DNA of 64,000 nucleotides from Carpediemonas membranifera BICM (lineage: Eukaryota; Protista; Fornicata), in assembly GCA_019828565.1 (NCBI GenBank), contig JAHDYR010000005.1, positions 583,200 to 647,199 on the forward strand, in the 5' to 3' direction. The notes beneath the pieces were generated by a model that worked only from the letters and a program-made list of their open reading frames with translations, searched no databases and was not told the origin of the DNA. Below, one piece after another: positions 9,110 through 19,971 of this stretch. How positions within the stretch are numbered: position 1 is the first letter of the stretch; each line of letters begins with the position of its first letter. A program made the translations under genes and the position numbers.

Positions 9110-11320
9110 ATGACGGTTCCTGAACGCGCAAAAGCTATTTTACTGAACCTTCCCTGGCCTGAGAAGCTTGGAGGTGCTCCGAAACGACCCAGAACCTCTA
9201 CTATCATTGGGACCGTCCGATTCCGGTCGATCCTCCTCTCCCTGTTTCTCATCTGCTTCATTCTTATCCCTATGCCCTTTGTACTTCGCTATAGTGGCAT
9301 TTTCTTTGCCTACAGAAGCCAGGACAACGTCTCTTTCGACGCCACTACACCCGATGATGTGGTGATGGCAGACTCATTCGAGAACATTGTCTGGTTCCTG
9401 CAGAGCACGGACATCCACTACAAGGAGAGCAGCCCGCACCGTCACTACAACTATCGCCGCTTCCTCGAGCGGGCCCGCGACGAGTGGCGCCCCGCTTTCA
9501 TCCTCAACACAGGTGACACCACAGATGCCATCGTAAGCTTCCCCTTCGTCCGCGGCCAGCTGGACAGCGAGTGGGACTCCTACGTGACCGACCTTGAGGA
9601 GACGGGCTGGGGGTCCCCACTCCGCCACATTGACGTCCTCGGCAACCACGACGCCATGAACTCTGGGTCCCCGCGGTCAGCCAGCAGCCTCTTCTACGAG
9701 AGAACCCCCACGGGCAGAGCACACTTTGCGGACGAGACCCTAACGGAGTCAGTCAGGGGTGACCAAACGGTGACACTAACGGTCGAGCGTCGCGGTGACC
9801 TGCTCAGGTTTGAGTTCCCGATGCCCCTGGACAACCTGACGGTCCTTCTCATGAACCTGCCTCAAACAGACCCGGGTCTGACGATCCCTGCCAACTTCTA
9901 CGGCAACCTCAACGCGGAGCAGACCATGGCCATCGACGAATCGTTCCCCACGGACGGAATGGTCATCACAGCCGGCCATCAGTGCGCTCGCTGGACACAG
10001 ATGCAGACGTTCGACACGCGGTCTTTTGACGGTCTCATGTCGCGTCCCAACAACGCCCTCAATCTGTGCGGGCACATCCACAGTCTGGGCTACTCCCGGT
10101 TCGGGAGCCACCACACGCCCGAGATCGCTTCGAGTTCCTTCACCAGGCGCCGCTTTCAGGCCGTCGTGGTCGACCATGGTCTTGTTTCAGTTCATGAGCA
10201 TACTCTCGATACACCGGCCCTACTCCTGCCATCTAACCCCCCTCAGGGCCACATCGTCTCTGCCGCTAGCCCTGTGCACCGTGTCGGGCAAAGTACGCAC
10301 ATCAGGGCCCTATTCACTGGTGACTGTCCCGCCACTGCGACGGCGACCATCGGTGACAAGACGTATCCCCTCTTCTGCACGCCCATCCCAGAGGACTACG
10401 AGTACGCACTGCCTGGTACCAGCAGCGTGAACCTGCTGACCGCCGAGTGGAACCCGGCCGAGCTCGGCGACGGACTTCACCGCATCACTTTCAACGTTGT
10501 CGCCAACGCCAACGGCGACACGATGAGTAACTCCTACGAGTTCTCCCTGGACGGTACTGCGACGCCGCTGGACCGTGTCCGGTGGTCAATCGGCCTCGAC
10601 CACCCCAGCAACACGACCAACATGTTCACACACTGGACACTCTTCTGGGCCGCCGTCCTCATCACCGTCCTCGCCTCGGTCGCCCTGACCGCGCTCCTGC
10701 CGATCCGACTCAAGCTCACGACGGTCCGCAACGAGGCCGGCTCGCACGTGGAGGCCCGCTGGGTGCGACACCCTATCCTCATCATCCTCGCAGCTGTACT
10801 TATATTCGCACCGAACTACGTTATCAAGGCCAATCGGGAGGACTGGGCGCTAGTCTTCTCCTTCTGCGTGGTCGAGCGGGGCAGGGTGGTGTTCGACACG
10901 TTCTTCTACCTGATTCCCCTCATCGTCACAATCGTCACAGTCCTCCCGGGCACGGGCCTGCTCGCTTTCATCTCGGCCTACAAGGGATTCCGCACTCACA
11001 TCCACCACGTACGCCGCCTCAATATGGGTCAGCTTGAGCGCGGACTCCTCGGCCTCGGCTCTAAGGGCCTGCCTGTCCAGCTCATCGTCGACCTCGGCTT
11101 CGCGGCCGTCGTACTGGCTGTGCTAACCGGCATCGTGCTCTTCATGGGCGTCCTATACGTGCTAGGTGCTCTCATGTGGGCTCCGGACGTCCTCTCGGGC
11201 CTCGTGACACTCGTGTTCTCTCCGGCTCTGCTTCTCAGTCACGTGCTGCTGCTTGGTGCCATCGTCTGGGAAGCAATGGGTGTCGCTCGCCTGAGACTTA
11301 TGCCCTTGACTCAGGTTTAA
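9110..11320 (+). CDS. TMEM62-like calcineurin-type metallophosphoesterase with C-terminal TM helices
   Basis: DIH, TGD, GNHD, GH, CGHIH metal-binding motifs; Ig-like middle region; several C-terminal TM segments. Confidence 0.8.
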   Translation: MTVPERAKAILLNLPWPEKLGGAPKRPRTSTIIGTVRFRSILLSLFLICFILIPMPFVLRYSGIFFAYRSQDNVSFDATTPDDVVMADSFENIVWFLQSTDIHYKESSPHRHYNYRRFLERARDEWRPAFILNTGDTTDAIVSFPFVRGQLDSEWDSYVTDLEETGWGSPLRHIDVLGNHDAMNSGSPRSASSLFYERTPTGRAHFADETLTESVRGDQTVTLTVERRGDLLRFEFPMPLDNLTVLLMNLPQTDPGLTIPANFYGNLNAEQTMAIDESFPTDGMVITAGHQCARWTQMQTFDTRSFDGLMSRPNNALNLCGHIHSLGYSRFGSHHTPEIASSSFTRRRFQAVVVDHGLVSVHEHTLDTPALLLPSNPPQGHIVSAASPVHRVGQSTHIRALFTGDCPATATATIGDKTYPLFCTPIPEDYEYALPGTSSVNLLTAEWNPAELGDGLHRITFNVVANANGDTMSNSYEFSLDGTATPLDRVRWSIGLDHPSNTTNMFTHWTLFWAAVLITVLASVALTALLPIRLKLTTVRNEAGSHVEARWVRHPILIILAAVLIFAPNYVIKANREDWALVFSFCVVERGRVVFDTFFYLIPLIVTIVTVLPGTGLLAFISAYKGFRTHIHHVRRLNMGQLERGLLGLGSKGLPVQLIVDLGFAAVVLAVLTGIVLFMGVLYVLGALMWAPDVLSGLVTLVFSPALLLSHVLLLGAIVWEAMGVARLRLMPLTQV

Positions 11321-12019
11321 GATTAAAAACTCTCTTTACGGATTGACTCCTGTTCCCGTCGACGAGTCATTCCGGTGACTGGCTCGGCCGTGTGACGCAT
11401 TAGTGGCAGTATTCCTTGAGAGGCCAGTTCGGCAAGGGTTTTCCTGGATGGCCGCGGTGCCCACAAGGAAACCAACACCTCCGCCTCTTCCCAGCCGTTG
11501 AACAAGTCGACGCCCCCATCAACCCACACGCCGACATCCCCGCTGACCTACTCATAGCCCCACCGAGCGCCGTGCCCACCGTCGCGGACCTACGCGTCAC
11601 GAACTACCGATCTCCGACAAAGAACGCCACTACAAAGACTATCGTGTCACAGTGCTGCCCGCAATCTCTTCCGTTAACGGTGAGACAGCGGTTCCCAAGA
11701 GCAGCGGCACCAGTAAGAAGCGCTCCTGCTGGATCGCTGCCCTCGCTGGCATCTGCGGACTCTCTGAGAATGCCACCGCCACACTCCGCCGCGATGTCGC
11801 CCTCGCCCACTGGAACGGCAACGTTGCAGTCTGGGCCTCGATTCCCTTCCCACGCTCATAACCGACACTGGCTCCAACTCCGATCGGGTTTCACACCACA
11901 CCACCCAGCCACACACTGCCCGCGCCCAAGCCCGCCACACACGCGTCACCTGACGCCGAGAGTAGTTCCGAATTCTCGCGCCAGGACGCTCGGATTCTCC
12001 CCCACCGTCCCACGTAAAT

Positions 12020-12092
12020 TCGATCATAGTATAGGTGGTTAGTATATCGCGCTGTCACCGCGGAGACCCGGGTTCAAGTCCCGGTGATCGAG
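12020..12092 (+). tRNA. tRNA-Asp(GUC)
   Basis: Acceptor TCGATCA/TGATCGA, anticodon arm TCGCG-CTGTCAC-CGCGG, T arm CCGGG-TTCAAGT-CCCGG, G discriminator, TTTT downstream. Confidence 0.95.
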
Positions 12093-12137
12093 CTTTTGCT
12101 GCAGGCTTACAGCTCCTGTGCCAAGCCGTGCAAAAAT

Positions 12138-12219
12138 TGTGCGCTGTGGGATTCGAACCCACGCCCCCGAAGAGACTAGCGCCTGAAGCTAGCGCCTTAG
12201 ACCGCTCGGCCAAACGCAC
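12138..12219 (-). tRNA. tRNA-Leu(CAG), convergent with tRNA-Asp
   Basis: GTGCGTT TGGCCGAGCGGTCTAAGGC G CTAGC-TTCAGGC-GCTAG, long variable arm, GTGGG-TTCGAAT-CCCAC, AGCGCAC-A, then TTTTT. Confidence 0.95.
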
Positions 12220-12820
12220 GGCATACCGTCGTAGACGCGATGCGTAAGTACGCCTCGGGGCGTGGTACAGGCCCAGATGGACTACCGGCCATCTGGTACA
12301 AATATTCGAGAGAGATCGAATATTGACCAAATATTCGAATCAAATCTACGGTCCAGTTCAGACCAATTTTACCAAGGGGTTAAAACCCCATTCCCCGGTA
12401 GTTCCGAGAAGATGGGCGACGCACAGCCCCCCGTGACACTGGAGAGCCTGGAGGCCAGAGCATGTTTCCCATCAATCTCGGGTATAAATTTGATCTAATC
12501 AATTGGAGACTTCGACCGTAGTCGACTGCAAGTCGTAAAAACACGAAAAGTGTAGTTATAACATGCTTTAGATATTGTCCATGAGAATCCAGAGTGGGGT
12601 GCTGGCCACTCAGAATCCATTCTGCGACATTATTGCATCTCCCGAGATTTAGTGAAAATTTTGCGAAATACGATCCGAAGAGAGCCGACAAATTGTACTG
12701 AAAGAGAAAACCCTTTTCCCAATCCATCTTAGGGCCATGCCGGAGGATGAGCCTAACCCACTAACCCATCGGCCCATTCGGCCGACCGATGAATAAGCTG
12801 ACTATGTTTACAGGTCCAGT

Positions 12821-14607
12821 TCATCTCATGCTAAGCTGGCGTTCTAACTCAACGTTGCGCTTCTCAAGCCTGGAAACCACCCGTTGTAGGTCCTTCTCGC
12901 GCTCCCTCAGTCGCTCCACCTCCGCCTCGAGCTGTTTGGCCTTCTCACCTGCCCGCCTTGCTGCCGTATCCGCAACGATCGTCTCACAATTCGCTGCCCG
13001 CAGCTGCTGTTTGAGCCGCTTGTACACGGCCGGGGACACTGGGGTACGACCCGACTCTTCTGGGTTGCTGGCCACGTGGCTCCGGTCATTCGAGACGTCC
13101 GGTCGACCAGCCCTCCGTGGCCCCGCGCTCTGTGGCCGACGCGGTCTCGGTCGTGGCTCCTCCACCGTCTGGCTTCGGGCGGACTGCCGCTTGTCCATGC
13201 CGTCGAGCAGGGCGGGCGCCTTATAGGGGGCGCGGTGGAGCATCGACTCAGGCTTGACCGCCCGGGGCGTGGGGGATGCCTCGTCGTGCATGCCGACGCT
13301 CGCACCCGACTGCCCCAGCCCGTGCCCGTGCGGGTCTCGTCTGGCCGGGGGGGCGGGCTGGTAGGCGCTCGCCCGGGGGTGGAAACGGTCCGCGTAGTCC
13401 AGCGCGATGCCCTCAGGCTCTGACTCCGACTCCGACTCGAGCTCCCGGGCCAGGATGTTACGGGTCCTGGTCGGATTGTTGTAGGGCGAGTCGTTGCGGA
13501 CAGGGCGCGCCTCGTCTGCGCTGACGTCCCTCAAGGCGGAGTTGATGAGCTCCTGCGCGGGGCGGGCCCACCAATCCCCCTTGTCTTGGGCGTCGGGTGG
13601 TGGCGTCTTGGCAGCGGGCTGGGCGGGGGCGACGGCAGCGGGCCACCTCCTGTTGGCCGGCAGTCGGGCCCACTTCTTGACGATGGACGCGAGCAGAGGC
13701 GTCGCATTGGTCTTGGCGCCATCCGGGACAACGCCGATGACTACAGCTGCGGACTTCCCCATGATGAACGGCTTCAGATAGTGGGTCACTAGCGATGACC
13801 GGAACGGGGCTGTCGGTGCCTTCTCTGTCACCGCAGCCAGTACCGTCTGCAGCGGACACTTCGTACCGGCCTTGGCCGCGGGCACAGTGAGGAAGCTGAT
13901 GCGGTGGACGACTTCAGTGGGCTGGCCCCGGGTCAGGTGCACGGTCCACATCGATGCGTGCGTGCCCTTGGTCAGCAGCTGCTGGGTCAGGGCATGAAGG
14001 AGGGTCGTCAGCGCCTGCTCGGATTCGACTGCGATCTGGGTCTGACCGTCGACGGAGCCTTCGGTGACAGAAATATGGCTGGCCTCGGACATCGCGTGCG
14101 CCACCGTGTCAACCGCTCTAGTGTAAGGCCCATGGCCCTTAGCGTTGCTGAATGTCACGTTCGAGATGCTCATTGACAGACTGCTGCCGCTGCTGAAGAA
14201 ATCCGATGCCAGGCGGATGATGAGTCCGGCGTCGTCAGGCGGGGGGAAGGCCGGCACGGAGGCCAGCATCCCATGGGCCGGGTCGGGCTCGCGCACCTCG
14301 AGCAGCAGCTTGTGTGCGTCTGCCCTGGGCCCGAGCACGATGGCGCAGAAGGAGTGTGCGGTGGGGGTGCGCGTCGATAGGATCGTCTGCAGCGCGGGCT
14401 GGATAACCTGCGCGTATATCTCGGTATTTGTGGGGTTATTGAATACATGGTCGTACTTGTAGACCATCTGGCCATCATATGCATCCACAATCAGCGTTCT
14501 TTCATCATGATCAACCTGGAAGATTGACTGCGGCGACTGTCCACCACCACGCATTATTCGAACCACGTTCTATGTGATTGGACATAAAAAGGAGCACTTA
14601 CCTTCAT
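12821..14607 (-). CDS. Divergent kinesin-motor-like protein with C-terminal coiled coil; 32-nt intron (14570-14601)
   Basis: Spliced start MK|NVVRI; YKYDHVF..TNTEIY..VIQP; APFRSSLVTHYLKPFIMG..AVVIGVV; P-loop and switch motifs not recognisable. Confidence 0.65.
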
Positions 14608-14780
14608 GAATGGGCGAGAAGATCGATGAACGTCCGAATCATGCAGTTTTAGGAAAACGGCGAAATGACGCTACGCAGAGGAATTCCAGAGGTGATACAC
14701 AGCCATTCACCCTCGATGTGGGCAGAGGAGCGTCAGAAATTCCTGGCACAAAAACTGCAAACATCAAGATCTCAGAGCAC

Positions 14781-17700
14781 ATGGCGTCAGCAGAGCCAGT
14801 CTGGGCATACGGCCTGTATCCAGGCGTCAATCACTGCATTGGCTGGATTGACGACGATACAGTCGTCTATCTCTGTGGACACAACATCATTAAGCTTAAT
14901 CTTGCAACGCACACGCACAGCTTCATTCCCGTCGCCGAGAATGTCAGAGCGGTGCTAGCATTTGCCATCTCACAGAACCGCCGCTTCATAGGCCTTGCCG
15001 AGCGTGTGCACGACTCCATGGCGTGCCAAATTTCTGTGTACTCCCTCGCTCAAATGCAGCGCGTCTCCTCCTCTGCCGTCAAGGACACTAGCTCGCGTGA
15101 GATCGTCCGACTGACCTTTGCCCAGGACCCGAAGCATCTTTCGATCCAGTACGGCGGCCCCGACTATGTGACCGTGCTTTACCACTGGGAGCGGGCACAC
15201 GTCGTCGCCACCGTCAACATACAGCAGGAGATCCTCGACACGACAGCAAACCCGTACGACATGGCCCAGATGGTGTCAGTTGGGCCGCAGTTCCTGAAGA
15301 TGTGGCGGCTGAGTGAGTACCAGTACCGCGGGTTCAACCCCATCAACATCAAGCGGATCACGGACACATACGTCGCCACACTGTGGATGAGCCCGGACTC
15401 CCTTCTGGTCTCCACCGAGCAGGGCGACCTCCTCCTCATCGACCGCGGCAGTCTCGATGGGTTTATGCCGGCCGCAGCCCTCTTCGGAACCCAGCTGATC
15501 CCGAGACTCGTGGCAGACGACTTCGGGAGCCCTATGATCGTGGACGAAAGGCCGATGGAGTGCTCATACGCCAAGTTTCTCGTGCCCCACGGCTCCGGCT
15601 TCATCGCCGCGTCTGCAGACGGACGTGTGGCGGTATTCCACCTCATCACCAATCCCCTCGACCTCGAGACGCACTCGAGACGCCTACTGGCCCTGGAGCC
15701 CGACCCGGTTGACCACAAGTACATGGCGGCGATGGGGAAGCGCCGCAGCGCCGCGACACCCGTCATGCCCGGTGGGTTGGTCATACCATCGAGCACAGAG
15801 CGGCGGAAGAGTATCATCAGCAATGGAAACATGCGCGAGAGCAGCGAGCTGCAGGAGGAGTTGAAGTACATGCCTTTTGCCAAGACTTTCGAGTTCTACA
15901 TTGACGCGGGGGTAACGATCACGGGGATGTCGCTGTCTCCAGGCGACGAGACCCTCGCCATCGCCACCACACATGGGCTCTACCAGTTTGACTTCGCCGA
16001 CCTCAACGACATGACCACCGAGCTCGAGAAGTGGCGCAAGGCACATGCCGAGGTCGGCCGTGTTACGACTGTGGGCCAGACGACCATCGACCTGCACGGC
16101 GGGCTCGACGCCGTCTCTGAGGACGCGACTGTCGCCTCGACCTCGACGCCCTCAGAGGACGAGACCGAGTCCGAGGGCACTGGCGACCCCGCAGAGATCG
16201 TCGATTCCCTCAGGAGGACCAGGAATAGCGCCCTCATCGTCGCTGGGGCTGCTGGGACGACGTGGTTCAACCCTGTCAAGCCCGTGTTCGTCCAGCCCGA
16301 GCAGGGGTACACCTGCATTGACGCCGCTGTGACCCTGCCCTACATGCTGCTGGTGTCGAGGGGCGTCATTCGTGTGGTGAACTACATCACTCTCGAGGAG
16401 GTCTCCGTCGCCATCCTGCCCCTTGACATCACTGGCGCTGCCATCCACCCATCTGGACTTCACGTCGTCATATGTTGCACCGACGGGTCCCGCGTCATGC
16501 ACGTGTGCCCCGAGGGTCTGGTCGAGTGTGCCATGTGGGAGCCGCGGAACTGTCGGGCAGTATCGTTCGATAGCACGGGCGGTCTGGTTGCCCTAGCCGG
16601 GACGGGCCACATTTTCGTATACGAGTTCCTGACGTCCAAGCGGGTGTCGACACTAGCTGGGCACACGGGCGTCGTCTCTACCGTGGAGTTCAACAACGAC
16701 GGCACGCTGCGGTCCGCCAGCCTCGACGGGGCGGCCTTCCTGTGGGATATCAGCACTGGCATCCGGGCGGTCGACTCAGTGCTCCGGATGGTCCAGTTCA
16801 CGGGCATCGTCGGGCCCGTGGACGACGTCATTGTGGCGTCGGCCGCGGACGGCATGCTCCGAGAGATCGCGGGGAACGTCGTCTCCCATGAGATCGCCAG
16901 CGGTGCCCACACGATCACGAAGCTCGCCCTCCTCCCCGGCCCCCCCAGCCGCCTCGTCGCCAGCGCAGGCCGGGGAGCGGTGTGCATGTACAGCCTGCCG
17001 CTGCGGTCTTCTGTCCACACTGAGGTCCACCTCCACTCGCTGGCGATCACCGGCATGAAGCTGATCAACGGGACACATCTGCTGACGGCGTCGGAGGACG
17101 GGACTGTTTACCTGACCGCACTGCGTCCCGACATCACGAAGCCCGCGCCCCCGCCCCTCACAGCTGTCTGGGACGTCGCCCTGGTCCCTGCTGAGAGCAT
17201 GTTTCGGCAGAGACGGCTAATGAAGGAGCTCGTCGCCTCCCTCGACGACACGCAGGAGCAAGGCGAGTTCCGTGTTCGTGCCCTGAAGCAGACGCTGGCC
17301 GACACGAAGAGCCGACTCGAGGCAGAACTCGAGAGCACCCAGCTCAAGGCCGTGGACGACATCCACCAGCTTCGGGCGGAGATGGCCGAGACGGAGGACA
17401 GACTGGGGCGGGCGGTCGACCTCTCCCGGGACTCCCTCGCCAAGTCGATTGCTGAGATCGAGATGAGCGCTGACCAGCGTGTGAAGGAGGCTGTCGACAA
17501 GTACGATCGTGTTAGGATCCAGCTGGCTGACGAGAAGTGCAAGTTCGACGAGAAGCTGGCGCAGATTAACGAGAAGCACCAGCTACTGGTCGCTAAGATG
17601 ATCAGGGAGCACGAGGCCGAGATCGCCCGACACAAGCACGCGTACGAGCATCTTGACGAGGATTGCCAGCTGATCACCAAAGATTACGAGATCCAGATTG

Positions 17701-18992
17701 ACCAGCAGGTGGAGGAATACGAGAAGGAAATCCGCGACCTCAACGAGACAGGCGCGTCGGCCCTCGAGACCGAGAAGAAGCGGAACGCCCACCTCAAGGG
17801 GCAGGCGCTGCTGCTGCGGAAGCGGTTCCAGACACTCAGCAAGGAGATCGGTAAGCGGGACTTGACCATCGGCGACCTGAAGAAGGAGCTCGCGTCCTTC
17901 CAGCTCTCGGACAATGAGACGCGCCAGGCGATGCAGCGGCTGCAGGATGAGCTGCGGGAGAGGGATGCGATGATCGGGGAGAAGGAGCGGCGCATCTTCG
18001 AGCTCAAACGACAGAACAAGGAGCTCGATAAGTTCAAATACGTGTTGGACTACAAGATCCGGGAGATGCGGCAGGAGCTGGAGCCCCGGGACATGCTGAT
18101 CAGTGATATGCGAGACCAGATCGCGGCCATGGACACCGAGCTAGAGGACGACCACCGCGAGAAGCAGCGGATGGAGCGGCACATGAAGGACCTGACGATG
18201 CGGGCCAAGAGCTCGCAGGCAGAGCTCGTCCACGTCCGGGAGAAGCTGCAGAGCACTGAGACGAGGCACCTCAACATGGCCATCGCCGTGCATAACATCG
18301 TCCATGACCTCGCCGTCAAGGAGTGGCCCGAGGCCGTCCGCATGCTGTACCGAACCTACTGTGCGAACGAGGAGGCCGTAGCTGGCACCCCCAACGTGGA
18401 GTCACTTGCCACAGCACGCGAGACACTGCACGACGAGATGACACGACAGCGCGAGCACCTGGAGCGGTCGATATCGTCCATGAAGCGGTCGATGGTGTCA
18501 CAGTCTAACATATCGAGCCGGGAGCAGTCGATGCGGTTGCAGGAGAACGTTGAGCTCATCGGGGAAATCAACGAGCTGCGGCAGGAGAACCGGCTCCTCG
18601 CCAACCGTGTGACGCAGCTACAGTCCATCGTCCTCGAGTACAAGCGCACAAAGAGCACCGGCACGCCCTCCCTGCTCTCCTCGGCCCTCGGGCGGTCCAG
18701 CACCGACGTGAAGCCCCGCAGCGCTAGCAGCACCAAGGGCAGTCGGGCCCAGGCCAAGGGCCAGCTCAGGGGAGCGGTGCTGCCAGTGCCGACGCCCGTG
18801 CAGGCGAGGGTCAAGAGCGTCACGCCCATCAGTGAGAACGCGTCCAGGCCGCCGCTCGACTCGTCCAGCCCGGGCATGGTCATGACAAGTGCTAACGTCC
18901 GTGGGGTCGACCTACTCCGGTCGAAGGCGCAGTCGTCCCTCGGCTTCACACGCAAGACGGATCTAGGTGCCACGACGCCCACTCTCCGCTGA
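14781..18992 (+). CDS. CFAP57: Cilia- and flagella-associated protein 57 (WDR65), WD40 + coiled coil
   Basis: WD40 repeats; NKELDKFKYVLDYKIREMRQELEPRD and RLQENVELIGEINELR signatures; probable start at 14781 (frame open from 14610). Confidence 0.9.
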   Translation: MASAEPVWAYGLYPGVNHCIGWIDDDTVVYLCGHNIIKLNLATHTHSFIPVAENVRAVLAFAISQNRRFIGLAERVHDSMACQISVYSLAQMQRVSSSAVKDTSSREIVRLTFAQDPKHLSIQYGGPDYVTVLYHWERAHVVATVNIQQEILDTTANPYDMAQMVSVGPQFLKMWRLSEYQYRGFNPINIKRITDTYVATLWMSPDSLLVSTEQGDLLLIDRGSLDGFMPAAALFGTQLIPRLVADDFGSPMIVDERPMECSYAKFLVPHGSGFIAASADGRVAVFHLITNPLDLETHSRRLLALEPDPVDHKYMAAMGKRRSAATPVMPGGLVIPSSTERRKSIISNGNMRESSELQEELKYMPFAKTFEFYIDAGVTITGMSLSPGDETLAIATTHGLYQFDFADLNDMTTELEKWRKAHAEVGRVTTVGQTTIDLHGGLDAVSEDATVASTSTPSEDETESEGTGDPAEIVDSLRRTRNSALIVAGAAGTTWFNPVKPVFVQPEQGYTCIDAAVTLPYMLLVSRGVIRVVNYITLEEVSVAILPLDITGAAIHPSGLHVVICCTDGSRVMHVCPEGLVECAMWEPRNCRAVSFDSTGGLVALAGTGHIFVYEFLTSKRVSTLAGHTGVVSTVEFNNDGTLRSASLDGAAFLWDISTGIRAVDSVLRMVQFTGIVGPVDDVIVASAADGMLREIAGNVVSHEIASGAHTITKLALLPGPPSRLVASAGRGAVCMYSLPLRSSVHTEVHLHSLAITGMKLINGTHLLTASEDGTVYLTALRPDITKPAPPPLTAVWDVALVPAESMFRQRRLMKELVASLDDTQEQGEFRVRALKQTLADTKSRLEAELESTQLKAVDDIHQLRAEMAETEDRLGRAVDLSRDSLAKSIAEIEMSADQRVKEAVDKYDRVRIQLADEKCKFDEKLAQINEKHQLLVAKMIREHEAEIARHKHAYEHLDEDCQLITKDYEIQIDQQVEEYEKEIRDLNETGASALETEKKRNAHLKGQALLLRKRFQTLSKEIGKRDLTIGDLKKELASFQLSDNETRQAMQRLQDELRERDAMIGEKERRIFELKRQNKELDKFKYVLDYKIREMRQELEPRDMLISDMRDQIAAMDTELEDDHREKQRMERHMKDLTMRAKSSQAELVHVREKLQSTETRHLNMAIAVHNIVHDLAVKEWPEAVRMLYRTYCANEEAVAGTPNVESLATARETLHDEMTRQREHLERSISSMKRSMVSQSNISSREQSMRLQENVELIGEINELRQENRLLANRVTQLQSIVLEYKRTKSTGTPSLLSSALGRSSTDVKPRSASSTKGSRAQAKGQLRGAVLPVPTPVQARVKSVTPISENASRPPLDSSSPGMVMTSANVRGVDLLRSKAQSSLGFTRKTDLGATTPTLR

Positions 18993-19474
18993 GTGTTGGT
19001 GTATTTATACTAGTATTATGGATAAAATTATCGCGCTGGTGTCGTCGTGTTCGGTGAAACCAGTGATCTCAAATAACCTGACATGCTGTCCGAAGACTCC
19101 TCTATTATTGCTGATCACAACAGCAACTCTGGCATTTTGGATGCACCGTGCCATCGAGTCGACTATCTCTGCTTCGGTCCAAATGAATGAGCTTTATCCC
19201 TCATGCCAGAAGTGCCCTTAAACTAAAAGGCGGAAGCGGATTATGGAAGCTCCGAGTACATCAACATTTTGGGAGTGAATATTTGGGGCTCAATCAGCTC
19301 ACCTGTTACTTCGGGTGACGCCACCCGCAAGAGACGATTGATCGTTGCGCAGGTCGGTATAAGGCAGAATGGTTGAACCATCGGCTCCGCCGATCCTGTC
19401 ACAGGACCATCACTGGCACCTGCGCGCGCCGATCAATGTGCACTTTAGGTCACACTTCGAAACGCATCGGCAGG

Positions 19475-19957
19475 ATGTCTGATAACGAAGACCTGCCGCC
19501 GCAAGACAGTCCCGATGAGCTTAACAAGCGTATCGAGAAGCTGGAGCGCTTGGTTAAGATACAATCGGAAGCAATTTTGGAGCAGCAAGCAGAAGCAGCT
19601 CGCCGTCCACTGTTCCTGGAGATGCCAAAGAGGTTCGGCCTCGAAGATGAGGCCAGATTCGTATACAAGACCATGAATAGGATCGAGAACGGCGCAAAGA
19701 TGAAGGAGATCGGGAACATTCTCTTTGCAAGAATCCAGTACCTTCTAATCAAGGACGTGTACACTGACGCTACTGCAGAGCGGTTCGAGAACTATTGCAA
19801 GGCGAAGGGCGTGCCTGATCGCGACGAGGTCCTGGAACTGGCGGCCCGCGCCAAGTCTAAGGGCGATAAGCGCGACGCTAATTTTCGCCGCGGTGGCCGC
19901 GCTCAGGACCGAGGTCGCACTCAGACAGGATCCTCCGGCAAGAGAGCCCACACCTAA
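19475..19957 (+). CDS. Ngaro ORF1, putative Gag-like protein (coiled coil, basic RG-rich tail)
   Basis: ATG immediately follows repeat A1; position 5' of RT. Confidence 0.75.
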   Translation: MSDNEDLPPQDSPDELNKRIEKLERLVKIQSEAILEQQAEAARRPLFLEMPKRFGLEDEARFVYKTMNRIENGAKMKEIGNILFARIQYLLIKDVYTDATAERFENYCKAKGVPDRDEVLELAARAKSKGDKRDANFRRGGRAQDRGRTQTGSSGKRAHT

Positions 19958-19971
19958 CCCTCTTTCCATGC

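Noticed and set aside
11323-12000. Coding region or pseudogene between TMEM62-like gene and tRNA-Asp
   Set aside because: Only short motif-less ORFs; no product can be supported
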